From a plasmid, in assembly GCF_056712565.1 (NCBI RefSeq), contig NZ_JBWXXM010000003.1: a stretch of 64,000 bases of DNA. One strand, given 5' to 3'. A model generated the notes under the pieces. The model had not been told where the DNA came from. It made no database searches and saw nothing but the letters and a program-made list of their open reading frames with translations. How positions within the stretch are numbered: position 1 is the first letter of the stretch; each line of letters starts with the position of its first letter. The position numbers and the translations under genes are program-made. Below, piece after piece: positions 1 through 11,742 of this stretch.

Positions 1-690
1 CGAGTCGCCTGTACTTCCTGTTGATGCCAGTAATCCGGCTTCCTTAAGCCGCTGTGTGTAGGCCAGCGATACATACTGAGAACCTTTATCACTGTGATGG
101 ACTGTGCCGGACGGTCGACGGGCCCATAACGCCTGCTCCAGAGCATCCAGCACAAATGTCGTTTCCATAGACGATGAGACCCGCCACCCCACGATGTATC
201 CGGCAAACACATCAATGATGAACGCCACATAGACGACCCCCTGCCATGTGCTGACGTAAGTAGAATCAGCCACCCACAACTGGTCAGGACGTTCTGCCAC
301 GAACTGACGGTTTACGCGGTCGCCTGCGACAACGGCTTTCCGGCTGATGGTCGTACGGACCTTTTTACCACGGAGAACACCGGCAAGTCCCATAACCGCC
401 ATGAGACGTGCCACAGTGCATCTGGCCACTCTGATACCTTCCCGTAACAACTGACGCCAGACTTTACGCACACCGTATACCTTGTGATTTTCATCGTATA
501 CGCGCTGTATCTCTTTCTTCAGCCAGTCATCGCGCTGCGCACGGGCACTGCGTTTATCCGGATGATGTCGCTGTTGCTGACAGTGGTAATACGTTGACGG
601 GGCAATATGCAGTTCGCTGCATAGCGGTCCGACCCCGTACTGCTCACGCAGCTTATCCAGCAGTGGCATCATTTTTTCCAGAGGCGGTCG
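1..690 (-). CDS. IS3-family transposase OrfB (integrase core), partial
   Basis: Minus-strand translation gives ...[45 protein letters not shown]...[69 protein letters not shown]..., DDE transposase core; runs off window start. Confidence 0.75.
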
Positions 691-995
691 AACTCCGCCT
701 TCGCAAAATAAGCGGAAGCCTGGCGAAGGATATCGTTACTGCGGCGCAGTTCACGATTTTCACGTTCCAGCTCTTTCAGACGCTGACGTTCAGCGGTGGT
801 GAGCCCGCCATCACCGCCTCCGGTATCCCGCTCATGCTGGCGTACCCAGACACGCAGAGTCTCCGGTGTACAGCCAATCTTTGGGGCAATGGAACAAATT
901 GCCGCCCACTGTGAGTCATATTCGCCCTGACTTTCCAGAACCATACGAATCGCCCTCTGACGGACTTCGGGGGAAAAACGAGTATTTTTAGTCAT
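669..995 (-). CDS. IS3-family transposase OrfA (helix-turn-helix, leucine zipper)
   Basis: 108 aa [61 protein letters not shown]... recognised as IS3/IS629-type OrfA. Confidence 0.85.
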   Translation of the reverse strand: MTKNTRFSPEVRQRAIRMVLESQGEYDSQWAAICSIAPKIGCTPETLRVWVRQHERDTGGGDGGLTTAERQRLKELERENRELRRSNDILRQASAYFAKAEFDRLWKK

Positions 996-1149
996 CCTGT
1001 TTACCTCTTTCTCAGGGAGTTTAGTCTCCAGGATTCCCGGGGCGGTTCAAGGATTGCGGAAAACCATGTCTATCCAGCTATGATTCGCATAGATTATGGC
1101 CAGGATTTTTTTTATCCAACACGGACGTAATGCGCAGAAAAACATGTAG

Positions 1150-1340
1150 TAAAACTGGAGATTACCCAATCAGGTAAGTTGGCGCAGAACGCTTTTATCG
1201 AGAGTTTTAACCGGACATACCGAACAAAAATACTCGGTTTTTGTCTGTTCAGAACGCTGGATGAAAAGCGGGAACTGGCGGCAAACTGGTTGTCAGAATA
1301 TAACAGTGAACGCCATATCAACTACTTAACCATATGACAC
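1150..1340 (+). pseudogene. C-terminal fragment of an IS3-family transposase (integrase core tail), remnant disrupted by the adjacent IS
   Basis: Plus-strand translation ...GKLAQNAFIESFNRTYRTKILGFCLFRTLDEKRELAANWLSEYNSERHINYLTI* matches conserved transposase C-terminal motif (NAxIESFNgxxRxEcL...YNxeRxHxxLgyltP); no N-terminal part present. Confidence 0.5.
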
Positions 1341-2116
1341 TGGAAGAACATCACTAACGCCATTATTTGGTCACGATCTCAAAAGGTGCATGGAACTAAA
1401 ACGAGTCTGTTTACAACGCAAGATGGGTTATGTTATAAAGTAACATAAATGAGTTGGTAAGCATAAAGTAAAGAGGATAACTTATAGTGCTCCCCTTATT
1501 TAAAGCATTTTGTTTTTTTTGTATTCTATTGTTAGGCTCAGTATTAATTCGGGGTAATAATAATCTTATTTCACCAGTGGTTAGACAAGAATTTTTTTTA
1601 TCGAAAAAAACAACCCCATCCTTTTATCAGAAAATTGATGCGTGCTTTAGCAACGTTAATCTTGACTTTACATACAAGTCTGTTGATTACTCAGCATCTA
1701 CCATTTTGCAATACATTAGAAGATTAATAAGAAAGCTTTACATTAAATAAAAGAGATGCAATTATCAATAAAATAAGAATATCTCGTTAAGAAATATAGC
1801 AATATATATGATATTTCAGGAAATAAGTAATCATACATCTATTGATTTATAAAGTATTATTGGAAGGAAGTGTTACATGAACGATTTACGCACTCCCCTC
1901 CATTACACTAATAAACACCACCGACTTGGTATTTATAAATTTTCTAATAAAAGCATCATTTTCACTGAAACAAAATAAATATCAATCACTAAGATAATTA
2001 ACTTATCTGAACAAGTAATCACACTCATATGTTATTAGTTTTCTTATTAATCAGAAAGGAGGGATTTATAAACCAGCAACTTTTTTTGTAGGTGGAGCCA
2101 CGGTTGATTTCTGATA

Positions 2117-2515
2117 TCAACCACCTGAGTTTATTTTCGTCGAATGGTAATGTCTTGTCGCACAAACGCTATCTGAATAATTAACTGTAATGGCGTTATT
2201 GGTATATTTGCCGACATTAACGCTAATAAAGACCCTGATTGCTTCATAATCGCAGGATTTGGCCATTTTGTCTCCCTTTAGATAAGAGTTAACAAAATAA
2301 CCCCAGGAAGAAGGTACCGGTTTCCACGTTACAGACGTTCCCGGCATAAAGTGTCCGACCAGGGCCTTATTCGCAGTTACCAGCGCCCTGTATGCCCTGA
2401 TATTTTCTGGAACATGGATGACCGGGGCAGTAATCATACCGGGTTTGACTGACTCCCCTGATATTCTGACATAAAAGGGAATAAATAAAGCGACATGTGG
2501 CCACATTGTAAACAA
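2117..2515 (-). CDS. hypothetical protein (132 aa), not recognised
   Basis: Intact ORF in intergenic space upstream of ompT; no family recognised from sequence. Confidence 0.3.
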   Translation of the reverse strand: MFTMWPHVALFIPFYVRISGESVKPGMITAPVIHVPENIRAYRALVTANKALVGHFMPGTSVTWKPVPSSWGYFVNSYLKGDKMAKSCDYEAIRVFISVNVGKYTNNAITVNYSDSVCATRHYHSTKINSGG

Positions 2516-2609
2516 ACGTTAAACAAAACAGCATTTTTCAGTTGACTACTACGAGTAAATAAAAAAATATTTATCAAAAACAAACGAGTGGAATGGAGTT
2601 AACTTGTCT

Positions 2610-3563
2610 ATGTACTTAAAGATTCTTGCTACTGCACTCTCAGCTCCTGTAGCGTTTGCTGCACTGGCTTCTGATACTGGGCTTTCTTTTACACCGGAGA
2701 AAATCAGTACGGAGATTGATTTTGGCACTTTAAGTGGCAAGGCCAAAGAACGGGTTTATCTGCCTGAAGAAAAAGGGCGCAAAGCCAGCCAGCTGGACTG
2801 GAAATACAGTAATGCGCCAATTGTCAAGGGGGCATTTAACTGGGATCTGTTACCCAGAGTATCTGTCGGTGCCTCAGGGTGGACAACATTAGCTGGTCGT
2901 GGAGGCAATATGGTGGACAGGGACTGGCTGGATACGAGCAATCCCGGAACCTGGACTGATGAGAGTAAACATCCGAATACCCGTCTAAATTTTGCTAATG
3001 AATTCGACCTGAATATTAAGGGATGGCTCCTGAATCAACCAGACTATCAGTTAGGTCTTATGGCTGGTTACCAGGAAAATCGTTATAGCTTTACAGCAAA
3101 AGGAGGCTCTTATATCTATAGTAGTGAGGGAGGCTTCCGGGATGAAACGGGATCATTTCCAGATGGTGAAAGAGCTATAGGCTACAAACAACACTTTAAA
3201 ATGCCCTATATAGGGTTAACCGGTAATTATCGGTATGATAGCTTTGAGTTCGGGGGGAGTTTCAAATATAGCGGATGGGTGAAGGCATCGGATAATGATG
3301 AGCATTACAACCCTGAGAAAAGGATCACCTATCGTAGCGATGTAAATAATCAGAACTATTACTCTGTCTCACTACATGCTGGTTATTATATTACACCTGC
3401 AGCTAAAGTTTATGTCGAAGGAACATGGAACCGTATTACTAATAAGAAAGGTGATACTTCTCTGTACTCCAGAAATTTGAATATATCTGATCACACCAAA
3501 AATGGTGCAGGCATTGAAAGCTATAACTTTATGACCACAGCTGGTCTGAAGTATTATTTTTAA
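2610..3563 (+). CDS. ompT: omptin-family outer membrane protease (plasmid OmpT)
   Basis: Track ORF 2604-3563; ATG at 2610 preceded by GGAG; signal peptide MYLKILATALSAPVAFA; omptin-like beta-barrel sequence with C-terminal ...TTAGLKYYF. Confidence 0.85.
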   Translation: MYLKILATALSAPVAFAALASDTGLSFTPEKISTEIDFGTLSGKAKERVYLPEEKGRKASQLDWKYSNAPIVKGAFNWDLLPRVSVGASGWTTLAGRGGNMVDRDWLDTSNPGTWTDESKHPNTRLNFANEFDLNIKGWLLNQPDYQLGLMAGYQENRYSFTAKGGSYIYSSEGGFRDETGSFPDGERAIGYKQHFKMPYIGLTGNYRYDSFEFGGSFKYSGWVKASDNDEHYNPEKRITYRSDVNNQNYYSVSLHAGYYITPAAKVYVEGTWNRITNKKGDTSLYSRNLNISDHTKNGAGIESYNFMTTAGLKYYF

Positions 3564-3995
3564 CCTGAAGCATGCCTGTTTTTAACTTTTTCATGACACT
3601 TTAAATATGATAAACAAAAGGCCAGCACTTCTGATGGTGGTCTTTTGATTTTTTATAATATGTGGAGGGTATATGTGCTCAACGATAAAAGTGTTTCTGT
3701 TAACTCTTGTATTTTTAAAGATGCTGCCCTGCCACTCTTCATGCATAACGACACAGTGTTATCGACATAAAAATAATTGATAAGCGATGTTAACAATATG
3801 AACTTTATTATAATTCTATTACTCGTCAATAATAAGAAGACCATCCAATAAAAACACACGCAATAACCTGAAGGATTCTGCCGTATAAAAATAAACATTG
3901 TTTTTACATTTAATCTCTCTTGATTTTGTTTAATCATTGTTTATGTAAGATAATTTATTTTTATAATGATCACATGAAAACAAAAGAGGTTAGAT

Positions 3996-5105
3996 ATGAA
4001 ATTATTATTACTTACAGGTGCAACAGGATTTCTTGGTGGCGCGGTCCTGGATAAGCTGCTGGATAACTGTAATAATATAAATTTGCTACTTTTAGTACGA
4101 GCACCTACTCCACAAGCGGGACTGGAAAGAATTAAAGAAAATATGCGTAAATTTAATGTTTGTGAGGAAAGGTTGCATGCATTAACTAATGATAACATCT
4201 TGCCTGGGGATCTAAATAATCCGGAAGCCTTTCTCATGGATCCTCGTCTTGATGAAGTCACTCATGTTATAAACTGTGCGGCTATAGCTTCTTTTGGTAA
4301 TAATCCTTTTATATGGAATGTGAATGTTACAGGTACACTTGCTTTTGCAAGAAGAATGGCAAAAGTGGCAGGACTGAAACGCTTCCTTCATGTTGGTACT
4401 GCTATGTCTTGTACACCTCATACGGGGTCGCTAGTTAAGGAAGAGTCTGCTTCATCAGAAACAGGTGAACATTTAGTGGAGTATACGCATTCAAAAGCAA
4501 CAATAGAATATCTGATGCGTAAGCAGTGTCCTGATTTACCTTTGTTGGTTGCCCGACCATCAATTATTGTTGGCCACAGTCGTTTAGGGTGCTTACCTTC
4601 AACCAGTATTTTCTGGGTATTCAGAATGGGGTTAATGTTGCAAAAATTTATGTGCTCTCTGGATGATAAAATAGATGTTATCCCTGTAGATTATTGTGCT
4701 GATGCATTGCTAATGTTGCTTGAAAGCTCGTTAATTAATGGTGAGATTGTTCATATATCAGCAGGTAAAGAAAGTAGTGTGACGTTCTCTGCTATTGACG
4801 AAGCTGTAGCCCGTGCTTTGAACTGTGATCCTGTTGGAGACAGATATACTAAAGTCAGTTATGACATACTGGCAATGAGCCGTCATGATTTTAAAAATAT
4901 TTTTGGTCCCTGTAACGAACGCCTTATGTTAAAAGCCATTCGTTTATATGGAGCGTTCAGTATGCTCAATGTTTGTTTCAGTAACGACAAGCTACTGAGT
5001 ATCGGAATGCCTAAACCGCCAAAGTTTACTGATTATATTAAATACTGTATAGAAACGACAAAACACCTTTCAATTCAACAACAAATGGAAGTTGATTTTA
5101 AATAA
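3996..5105 (+). CDS. hlyF: HlyF, NAD(P)-dependent epimerase/dehydratase (SDR) family protein
   Basis: N-terminal Rossmann motif LLLTGATGFLGGAV; 369 aa; gene order ompT-hlyF-mig-14 as on ColV-type plasmids; AT-rich. Confidence 0.8.
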   Translation: MKLLLLTGATGFLGGAVLDKLLDNCNNINLLLLVRAPTPQAGLERIKENMRKFNVCEERLHALTNDNILPGDLNNPEAFLMDPRLDEVTHVINCAAIASFGNNPFIWNVNVTGTLAFARRMAKVAGLKRFLHVGTAMSCTPHTGSLVKEESASSETGEHLVEYTHSKATIEYLMRKQCPDLPLLVARPSIIVGHSRLGCLPSTSIFWVFRMGLMLQKFMCSLDDKIDVIPVDYCADALLMLLESSLINGEIVHISAGKESSVTFSAIDEAVARALNCDPVGDRYTKVSYDILAMSRHDFKNIFGPCNERLMLKAIRLYGAFSMLNVCFSNDKLLSIGMPKPPKFTDYIKYCIETTKHLSIQQQMEVDFK

Positions 5106-5167
5106 TATTTATCATAATCAGAATTATTGTTGGTGTTGCACTCATAATATATAAAAACGCCGAGGAT

Positions 5168-6076
5168 ATGACTTTGTCAATTAAAAATATAAAGCGCATT
5201 ATTACGGCCTGGAAACCATCTACATTCGAAACGTACAAAAAAACTTTTGAAAAATACGGTGGTAGTGTAAACATGCATCCGGATGTTGTTTCATACTTTA
5301 TGATACATCATGACTGGAAGTTTGATTTTTTTCACTATGAAAAAGATGGTGATATCAAAGGCTCATATTTTCTGTGCAATGGAAAACAAATTGGGATAAT
5401 GGCAAGAAGGTCTTATCCTCTTTCATCTGATGAGGTATTAATTCCTTTTTCCCCACATGCAAGATGTTTTTTTCCGGATAAAACTAATAAATTATCAATT
5501 ATAAATAAACAAAATATTATCAATGCAACATGGAAAATAGCCAGAAAAAAACAAAATTGTATTATAAAGGAATCTTTTTCACCTAAATTTGAAAAAACTC
5601 GCCGAAATGAAATCCAGCGATTTATCAGGAATGGCGGAGAGATTAAGTGTATAAGCAAGTTATCCGATAAAGAAATATCCAGCTCTTATATATCACTTTT
5701 TCATTCCCGGTTTGGAGGTACCCTACCTTGCTACGAATATGATAATCTGTTAATGTTTATTTCTCACTTACGAGAACTTATGTTTGGCCATGTGCTATTC
5801 TGGGATAATAAACCGTGTGCTATTGATATAGTACTGAAATCTGAAAGCTCATGTAATGTTTATTATGACGTTCCAAATGGTGCAGTTCTGAATGATGAGA
5901 ATTGCATGAAACTAAGTCCGGGAAGTGTCCTTATGTGGCTGAATATAGATAAAGCGCGAAGGTATTGTCAGGATAATAATAAAAAGATGATATATTCTAT
6001 CGGTGCATTCAGACCTGAATGGAAATATAAACTACTATGGTCTGTTCCCTGTAAGGTTGGTAAATGCTTATGTTAG
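5168..6076 (+). CDS. mig-14: Mig-14 family protein (antimicrobial peptide resistance associated)
   Basis: 302 aa AT-rich ORF immediately downstream of hlyF; recognised by position and sequence. Confidence 0.7.
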   Translation: MTLSIKNIKRIITAWKPSTFETYKKTFEKYGGSVNMHPDVVSYFMIHHDWKFDFFHYEKDGDIKGSYFLCNGKQIGIMARRSYPLSSDEVLIPFSPHARCFFPDKTNKLSIINKQNIINATWKIARKKQNCIIKESFSPKFEKTRRNEIQRFIRNGGEIKCISKLSDKEISSSYISLFHSRFGGTLPCYEYDNLLMFISHLRELMFGHVLFWDNKPCAIDIVLKSESSCNVYYDVPNGAVLNDENCMKLSPGSVLMWLNIDKARRYCQDNNKKMIYSIGAFRPEWKYKLLWSVPCKVGKCLC

Positions 6077-6758
6077 AATATGTATAAAGGTAAGTAACTA
6101 TATAAGAGCGTCCAGTCTGCAAATACTCCTCTAAACATGGAGGAGTAGATTTATAATATCATAACATTTACTAAATCGTTTTACATTAATTTCAAATTTG
6201 AAATTAATGTATTTTGATAACTATATATTTTTGATTCCGAAAACAGACATTTCTTTCTTTGAGTCAGGGCTTACACTCAAAATATTAATATTGTTTGTGT
6301 GAAGACATATTATTCAATAACGATGGTGAGAAATATCTGTACTTTTTCGCATAATCTAACCATTTACTTAATTGTTCATTCTGTGAACAGAATCTGTTTG
6401 TTATGTATCAGGTTGATGATGTGATTAAGCAGTCTGAAACCAGAGGAATATGGAGTCAGAAATTTTCAGTTGTCTTTTAAGGGCGTCTGCAGGATTTTTT
6501 CTCCGTTTCTGCCTGTCCTGGCATTACCCCAATTCTCCCAAAAACAGTAAACCAGCCCTCAGCCCGCACCATGACTGGCTTAAGACGGGATCCCAGCGGC
6601 AAAATGCGCCTTTACGTATTTGGTTTTACCCGCAATAATGCGTGATAATCAAACAAAAGGATCCGCGCGCTGCGATTTATTGTCGTGGAAGGATCCGGGC
6701 GTTCAGGTCAGAATACCTGTATCCATAAACAGTGCGTGTGCTACGTGAAAAATAACTC

Positions 6759-7499
6759 ATGAACAATGTCATTCCCCTGCAGAATTCACCAGAACGCGTC
6801 TCCCTGTTACCCATTGCGCCGGGGGTGGATTTTGCAACAGCGCTCTCCCTGAGAAGAATGGCCACTTCCACGGGGGCCACACCGGCCTACCTGCTGGCCC
6901 CGGAAGTGAGTGCCCTTCTTTTCTATATGCCGGATCAGCGTCACCATATGCTGTTCGCCACCCTCTGGAATACCGGAATGCGTATTGGCGAAGCCCGGAT
7001 GCTGACGCCGGAATCATTTGACCTGAATGGAGTAAGACCGTTTGTGCGGATCCTGTCCGAAAAAGTGCGTGCGCGACGCGGACGCCCGCCAAAAGATGAA
7101 GTGCGCCTGGTTCCGCTGACAGATATAAGCTATGTCAGGCAGATGGAAAGCTGGATGATCACCACCCGGCCCCGTCGTCGTGAACCATTATGGGCCGTGA
7201 CCGACGAAACCATGCGCAACTGGCTGAAGCAGGCTGTCAGACGGGCCGAAGCTGACGGAGTACACTTTTCGATTCCGGTCACACCACACACCTTCCGGCA
7301 CAGCTATATCATGCACATGCTCTATCACCGCCAGCCCCGGAAAGTCATCCAGGCACTGGCTGGTCACAGGGATCCACGTTCGATGGAGGTTTATACCAGA
7401 GTGTTTGCACTGGATATGGCTGCCACGCTGGCAGTGCCTTTCACAGGTGACGGGCGGGATGCTGCGGAGATCCTGCGTACACTGCCTCCCCTGAGGTGA
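6759..7499 (+). CDS. int: tyrosine site-specific recombinase/integrase adjacent to RepFIB replicon
   Basis: 246 aa with C-terminal catalytic region ...[14 protein letters not shown]...[14 protein letters not shown] (R..H..R..Y signature of tyrosine recombinases). Confidence 0.75.
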   Translation: MNNVIPLQNSPERVSLLPIAPGVDFATALSLRRMATSTGATPAYLLAPEVSALLFYMPDQRHHMLFATLWNTGMRIGEARMLTPESFDLNGVRPFVRILSEKVRARRGRPPKDEVRLVPLTDISYVRQMESWMITTRPRRREPLWAVTDETMRNWLKQAVRRAEADGVHFSIPVTPHTFRHSYIMHMLYHRQPRKVIQALAGHRDPRSMEVYTRVFALDMAATLAVPFTGDGRDAAEILRTLPPLR

Positions 7500-7790
7500 C
7501 GGCATACGCGCTTCCTTATATAAGCTGTGGTCAGCAGAACAGACATAACATAAGCTGGAGCATGTATATAAGCTGTAGTGAGTAAGTCATGTTTTATGAA
7601 GGGAGCAATGCCTCAGCATCAGGTTACGGGATCACTTACGTAAGGGACAGGCAGATGGCAGCTCAGCTACAGACAGCACTGCAGGAAACAGAATATAAAC
7701 TGCAGTGAGCAGACCACTCACTGCACCGGTTAATATAAGCTGTAGTCAGTAAAGGAGCGCTCTTCACTGACTACAGTTTATGTTCAGCGG
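7500..7790. repeat. RepFIB iterons (direct repeats of ~ATATAAGCTGTAGTCAG) plus terminal palindrome
   Basis: Repeated ATAAGCTGTGGTCAGC / ATATAAGCTGTAGTGAGT / ATATAAACTGCAGTGAGC / ATATAAGCTGTAGTCAGT copies; palindrome CTGTAGTCAGTAAAGGAGCGCTCTTCACTGACTACAG at ~7741-7780. Confidence 0.65.
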
Positions 7791-8761
7791 GATTTGAAGA
7801 GTTTTTCCAGGTCATCCAGCGTGATGCCCAGTTTCTCAAGCAGGGCAAGCTTCTCCGCCATCTCCGGACTGACTTTTTCCGCAGGTGAAGGTTGCAACGG
7901 ATTTTCCTTACTCTCGTCATTCGGCGCTTTTAACCGGGGACGCCGGTAGTGAATACAGAAGAATTTTGTCCGCCCCCGCTGGATCTCCGTGTAATCAAGA
8001 TATCCAATCTCGCGCAACTGCTCCATTGCCCGTCTGACCGTCTGGTTCTGGGAAAATACAGGAGACTTCAGATTGAGGCGTGCACGCAGCCGCGCCAGCG
8101 ATATCGGTGCCGGATCCCGGGGCAGGCTCTCTATAAAGGTGTAGAGTGCCTGGGCGGACTCCCGTCGCTTCAGGGCATTAATCGCCTTAAGCTGGAGAAG
8201 GACTTTTCTGTCAAACTGGTACAGTTCAAACAGGCGGGGATCGGCCTGTAACTGCACAATATCCCGCTCAGTATCGTAGTAAGCTGACTGTACCAGATGG
8301 GTGATATATTCCCGGGTGTGCTTCTCATCGGTACGGGAAAACGAAATCACGGTACCGGCAATGCGCTTCAGGGAAGGGCTGATGCGCTCACGCAGCCTGC
8401 GGGATGACTGGCTTGAAGGTATACCACACAGTTTTGCAAACTCAACAAAAGGCAGTTCAACTTTGTCACCAATCACGTTATGGCGGGCAAAGGAATGAAT
8501 GATCCCCACCCAGGTCTTGAAATCATTATCCATATCCAGGCGGGGGCCGGTGATCTCAACCTTATCGAATCCCTCAGCACGGGCCAGGGAAAGACGTGTC
8601 AGCTCTTCCGTGGCATCAGTACGTGACAGTGTATTTTTTTTACTGTTCTTCAGTGATTTAAGGGTCGGTACAAAAACGCCCAGACGCATCAGCGCCACAG
8701 GTTGTACGGTGTTGTTATTGTTTGGTGTCAGTGTCACCAGCTCACCGGAGGACTTATCCAC
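7784..8761 (-). CDS. repA: RepFIB replication initiator RepA (iteron-binding Rep)
   Basis: 325 aa; iteron arrays on both flanks; sequence recognised as RepFIB RepA; start appears to be GTG. Confidence 0.85.
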   Translation of the reverse strand: MDKSSGELVTLTPNNNNTVQPVALMRLGVFVPTLKSLKNSKKNTLSRTDATEELTRLSLARAEGFDKVEITGPRLDMDNDFKTWVGIIHSFARHNVIGDKVELPFVEFAKLCGIPSSQSSRRLRERISPSLKRIAGTVISFSRTDEKHTREYITHLVQSAYYDTERDIVQLQADPRLFELYQFDRKVLLQLKAINALKRRESAQALYTFIESLPRDPAPISLARLRARLNLKSPVFSQNQTVRRAMEQLREIGYLDYTEIQRGRTKFFCIHYRRPRLKAPNDESKENPLQPSPAEKVSPEMAEKLALLEKLGITLDDLEKLFKSR

Positions 8762-8869
8762 CTCGCCGAACAGTTTTTTGATGTTTGAATTTTCGTTTTC
8801 CAGAAAGCCTCCAGCCTGTGGACAGTAAAAGAATAAACAGAAAATCGTGTGTCAGAACTCCGCTAACTG

Positions 8870-9030
8870 ACTGAAGAAAAACCTGCAGCCTGTATTTAAC
8901 AACTGAGTCTGGCATACTGACCATAGTTTATGTCATTAACTTACTTCAGTATATGGATTACTGAATACAGCTTATCATTAGCATGTTACAGTTTATCAGT
9001 AACATGCCACAGCTTATGTGATCGTGGTCC
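8870..9030. repeat. RepFIB iterons, distal set in inverted orientation
   Basis: Repeated ACAGCTTAT / ACAGTTTATC motifs (reverse complement of ATAAGCTGT) in AT-rich region. Confidence 0.5.
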
Positions 9031-9506
9031 CGGCCCATGAGTGACAAGGTTTGCAGCGATATGGGGATCTTTAATGGATCCTTTGTTGATCATTCATGGA
9101 TCTGTTTACTGGATCGGGCCTCCGGATATGTGGATAAATCATTCCAGAAGGACAGCGCACACAACCGTTTTATGAAAGGGCTTCAGGGCGTACCTGCTCC
9201 CTGTAACTACAGATACATTGCGCTTCCTCGCCGGTTCGCGGGCTTCGCCCGGTCACCGGTCTGCGGCGAGCACTGTTTTTTCTGATGTCTGTCTTTACAG
9301 GTAATTTTTGACGGAATCTGCCGTACTTCCTGAGCGTACGGTCATATCCGAAGTACACTTCATATGTGTGTTTCAATGCCAGGGATTGTGTATACAAACT
9401 ACAGGTGTCAGCGCCAGTGATATAAGACGGTAATTCACCATTTGGATTGTCCGCTCCACCCAACATGTTGTTTCCTTAAGGTTCTCACACCAGAAAGGAC
9501 ATCAAC

Positions 9507-9863
9507 ATGCTGAGCAGAGAGGACTTTTACATGATAAAGCAAATGCGCCAGCAGGGCGCGTACATTGTCGATATTGCGGCTCAGATTGGTTGCTCTGAAC
9601 GGACGGTCAGACGCTACCTCAAATACCCTGAACCGCCAGCCAGAAAGACCCGCCACAAAATGGTTAAGCTGAAACCGTTTATGGATTACATCGACATGCG
9701 CCTGGCAGAGAATGTCTGGAATAGCGAGGTTATCTTCGCGGAGATTAAGGCAATGGGTTATACGGGCGGACGTTCCATGCTGCGTTACTACATCCAGCCC
9801 AAACGTAAAATGCGTCCGTCAAAAAGAACAAGGAGAGAGTTACCGGTTAAAAGAGAAACGTAA
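9507..9863 (+). pseudogene. istA: IS21-family transposase IstA, N-terminal fragment only
   Basis: 118 aa MLSREDFYMIKQMRQQGAYIVDIAAQIGCSERTVRRYLKYPEPP... HTH N-terminus of IstA; ORF ends far short of full-length IstA. Confidence 0.6.
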
Positions 9864-9989
9864 AGCTGGAGTGCTGACCAAAAACACAACGCCAATCAGT
9901 GATGATGAAATGGTGCAAAGCGGACAGCATCAGTAACGAAAGTATTTAGCGGGCATGAAAATGGCAAATAACGGTCAAACATCGTGGCG

Positions 9990-10510
9990 TTGACATAGTC
10001 GCAGTTTTGGTGAACGAATCACAGACAAAGATGCCATGCACCAGGCTGTTGTTCAGTATGCAGAGCGGGCCGCAGAGAAACTACGTGGGGAGCGTCAGTA
10101 TTGCCGGCAGGTGACGACATTTGTACGGACATCCCCCTGAACCCTGTTACAGCAATGCCGCTGTGGAAAAGCTTTCATTACCCACACAGGACAGCCGGGA
10201 CATTATTGCCGCCGCATGCAGAGCCTTAAACCATGTCTGGCGTGAAGGGTACCGCTATATGAAGGCAGGAGTCATGCTGGCTGATTTCACACCATCGGGT
10301 ATAGCGCAGCCGGGATTATTTGATGAAATCCAGCCCCGTAAAAACAGTGAAAAGTTAATGAAAACACTCGATGAACTGAACCAGTCGGGAAAAGGGAAAG
10401 TGTGGTTTGCGGGGCGAGGAACCGCCCCTGAATGGCAAATGAAACGGGAAATGTTGAGTCAGTGTTATACAACTAAATGGCGAGATATTCCCCTGGCCAG
10501 GCTGGGTTAG
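9990..10510 (+). pseudogene. umuC: umuC/mucB/impB-family (error-prone polymerase Pol V subunit) 3' fragment, frameshifted
   Basis: Frame 1 ...AVVQYAERAAEKLRGERQYCRQVTTFVRTSP* then shifted frame ...PTQDSRDIIAAACRALNHVWREGYRYMKAGVMLADF...WQMKREMLSQCYTTKWRDIP, matching the conserved UmuC C-terminus; 5' part missing next to IS21 remnant. Confidence 0.6.
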
Positions 10511-10689
10511 TTCAGTCATCTCCGAACATATTTTCAGCGTTTCTTCTGGTCTGGTCTTCACCGTCATTTCTCGACAGACTCTGCTCTGTAAGGGGAGTAC
10601 TGCAATCCACAGACGTATGGAGACCAGATTGTTTTTCCAGTAATTCAATCAATTTCTTTTCAACCGAAAAAGCAGGTAATGACTCCAAC

Positions 10690-11193
10690 TTATTGATAGT
10701 GTTTTATGTTCAGATAATGCCCGATGACTTTGTCATGCAGCTCCACCGATTTTGAGAACGACAGCGACTTCCGTCCCAGCCGTGCCAGGTGCTGCCTCAG
10801 ATTCAGGTTATGCCGCTCAATTCGCTGCGTATATCGCTTGCTGATTACGTGCAGCTTTCCCTTCAGGCGGGATTCATACAGCGGCCAGCCATCCGTCATC
10901 CATATCACCACGTCAAAGGGTGACAGCAGGCTCATAAGACGCCCCAGCGTCGCCATAGTGCGTTCACCGAATACGTGCGCAACAACCGTCTTCCGGAGAC
11001 TGTCATACGCGTAAAACAGCCAGCGCTGGCGCGATTTAGCCCCGACATAGCCCCACTGTTCGTCCATTTCAGCGCAGACAATCACATCACTGCCCGGCTG
11101 TATGCGCGAGGTTACCGACTGCGGCCTGAGTTTTTTAAGTGACGTAAAATCGTGTTGAGGCCAACGCCCATAATGCGGGCAGTTACCCGGCAT
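10690..11193 (-). CDS. insB: IS1 InsB
   Basis: 167 aa [64 protein letters not shown]... Confidence 0.95.
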   Translation of the reverse strand: MPGNCPHYGRWPQHDFTSLKKLRPQSVTSRIQPGSDVIVCAEMDEQWGYVGAKSRQRWLFYAYDSLRKTVVAHVFGERTMATLGRLMSLLSPFDVVIWMTDGWPLYESRLKGKLHVISKRYTQRIERHNLNLRQHLARLGRKSLSFSKSVELHDKVIGHYLNIKHYQ

Positions 11194-11387
11194 CCAACGC
11201 CATTCATGGCCATATCAATGATTTTCTGGTGCGTACCGGGTTGAGAAGCGGTGTAAGTGAACTGCAGTTGCCATGTTTTACGGCAGTGAGAGCAGAGATA
11301 GCGCTGATGTCCGGCGGTGCTTTTGCCGTTACGCACCACCCCGTCAGTAGCTGAACAGGAGGGACAGCTGATAGAAACAGAAGCCAC
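11112..11387 (-). CDS. insA: IS1 InsA
   Basis: 91 aa [43 protein letters not shown]... Confidence 0.95.
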   Translation of the reverse strand: MASVSISCPSCSATDGVVRNGKSTAGHQRYLCSHCRKTWQLQFTYTASQPGTHQKIIDMAMNGVGCRVTARIMGVGLNTILRHLKNSGRSR

Positions 11388-11649
11388 TGGAGCACCTCAA
11401 AAACACCATCATACACTAAATCAGTAAGTTGGCAGCATCACCGATCCCTTCATTTAGTGACTGCCCCTGGGTTTTTCATGCTCTCCTGCGTCCTAGAGAA
11501 CTTGCCAATAACCTACATTATTTTTGCTTTGCCATTACCAATCGTCCTGAACAAGTTCATTTTAAAGCCAAAGCGCTGCCCAACTTTTATCCTCAATACC
11601 ACATCGTCAGCAGGAAATAACCTAATCCCTGTGTTGGGATCTTATAATC

Positions 11650-11710
11650 GCTAATGATAATTATTTACATTTTATAGCTTCTGCTATAAAACATAGTAGT
11701 TGCTATGTTT
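11650..11710. promoter_or_regulatory. sitA promoter region with Fur-box-like and MntR-box-like palindromes
   Basis: GCTAATGATAATTATTTAC (Fur-box-like) and AAACATAGTAGTTGCTATGTTT (palindrome resembling MntR operator) directly upstream of sitA. Confidence 0.5.
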
Positions 11711-11742
11711 ATTCTAATTTTGCTCACTATAGGTACTAAATC

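Larger units (their letters stand above)
1..1049 (-). mobile_element. IS3-family insertion sequence (IS629-like), partial, truncated by window start
   Basis: OrfA (669-995) plus overlapping OrfB frame on minus strand, typical IS3-family two-ORF frameshift arrangement; terminal sequence TGAACCGCCCCGGGAATCCTGGAGACTAAACTCC (minus-strand reading) ends near 1049. Confidence 0.8.
10675..11442 (-). mobile_element. IS1 (768 bp), copy 1
   Basis: Ends GGTAATGACTCCAACTTATTGATAG ... and ...CATCACC (GGTGATGCTGCCAACTTACTGATTTAGTG in reverse complement); insA/insB inside. Confidence 0.95.

Noticed and set aside
6077-6758. Intergenic region between mig-14 and int with small ORF 6450-6638
   Set aside because: No RBS or coherent coding signal; likely noncoding spacer between the virulence cluster and the RepFIB replicon.
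10724-11014. 96-aa ORF antisense to IS1 insB (also 27393-27683 and 34402-34692)
   Set aside because: Identical antisense ORF in every IS1 copy; known IS1 coding capacity is insA/insB only.
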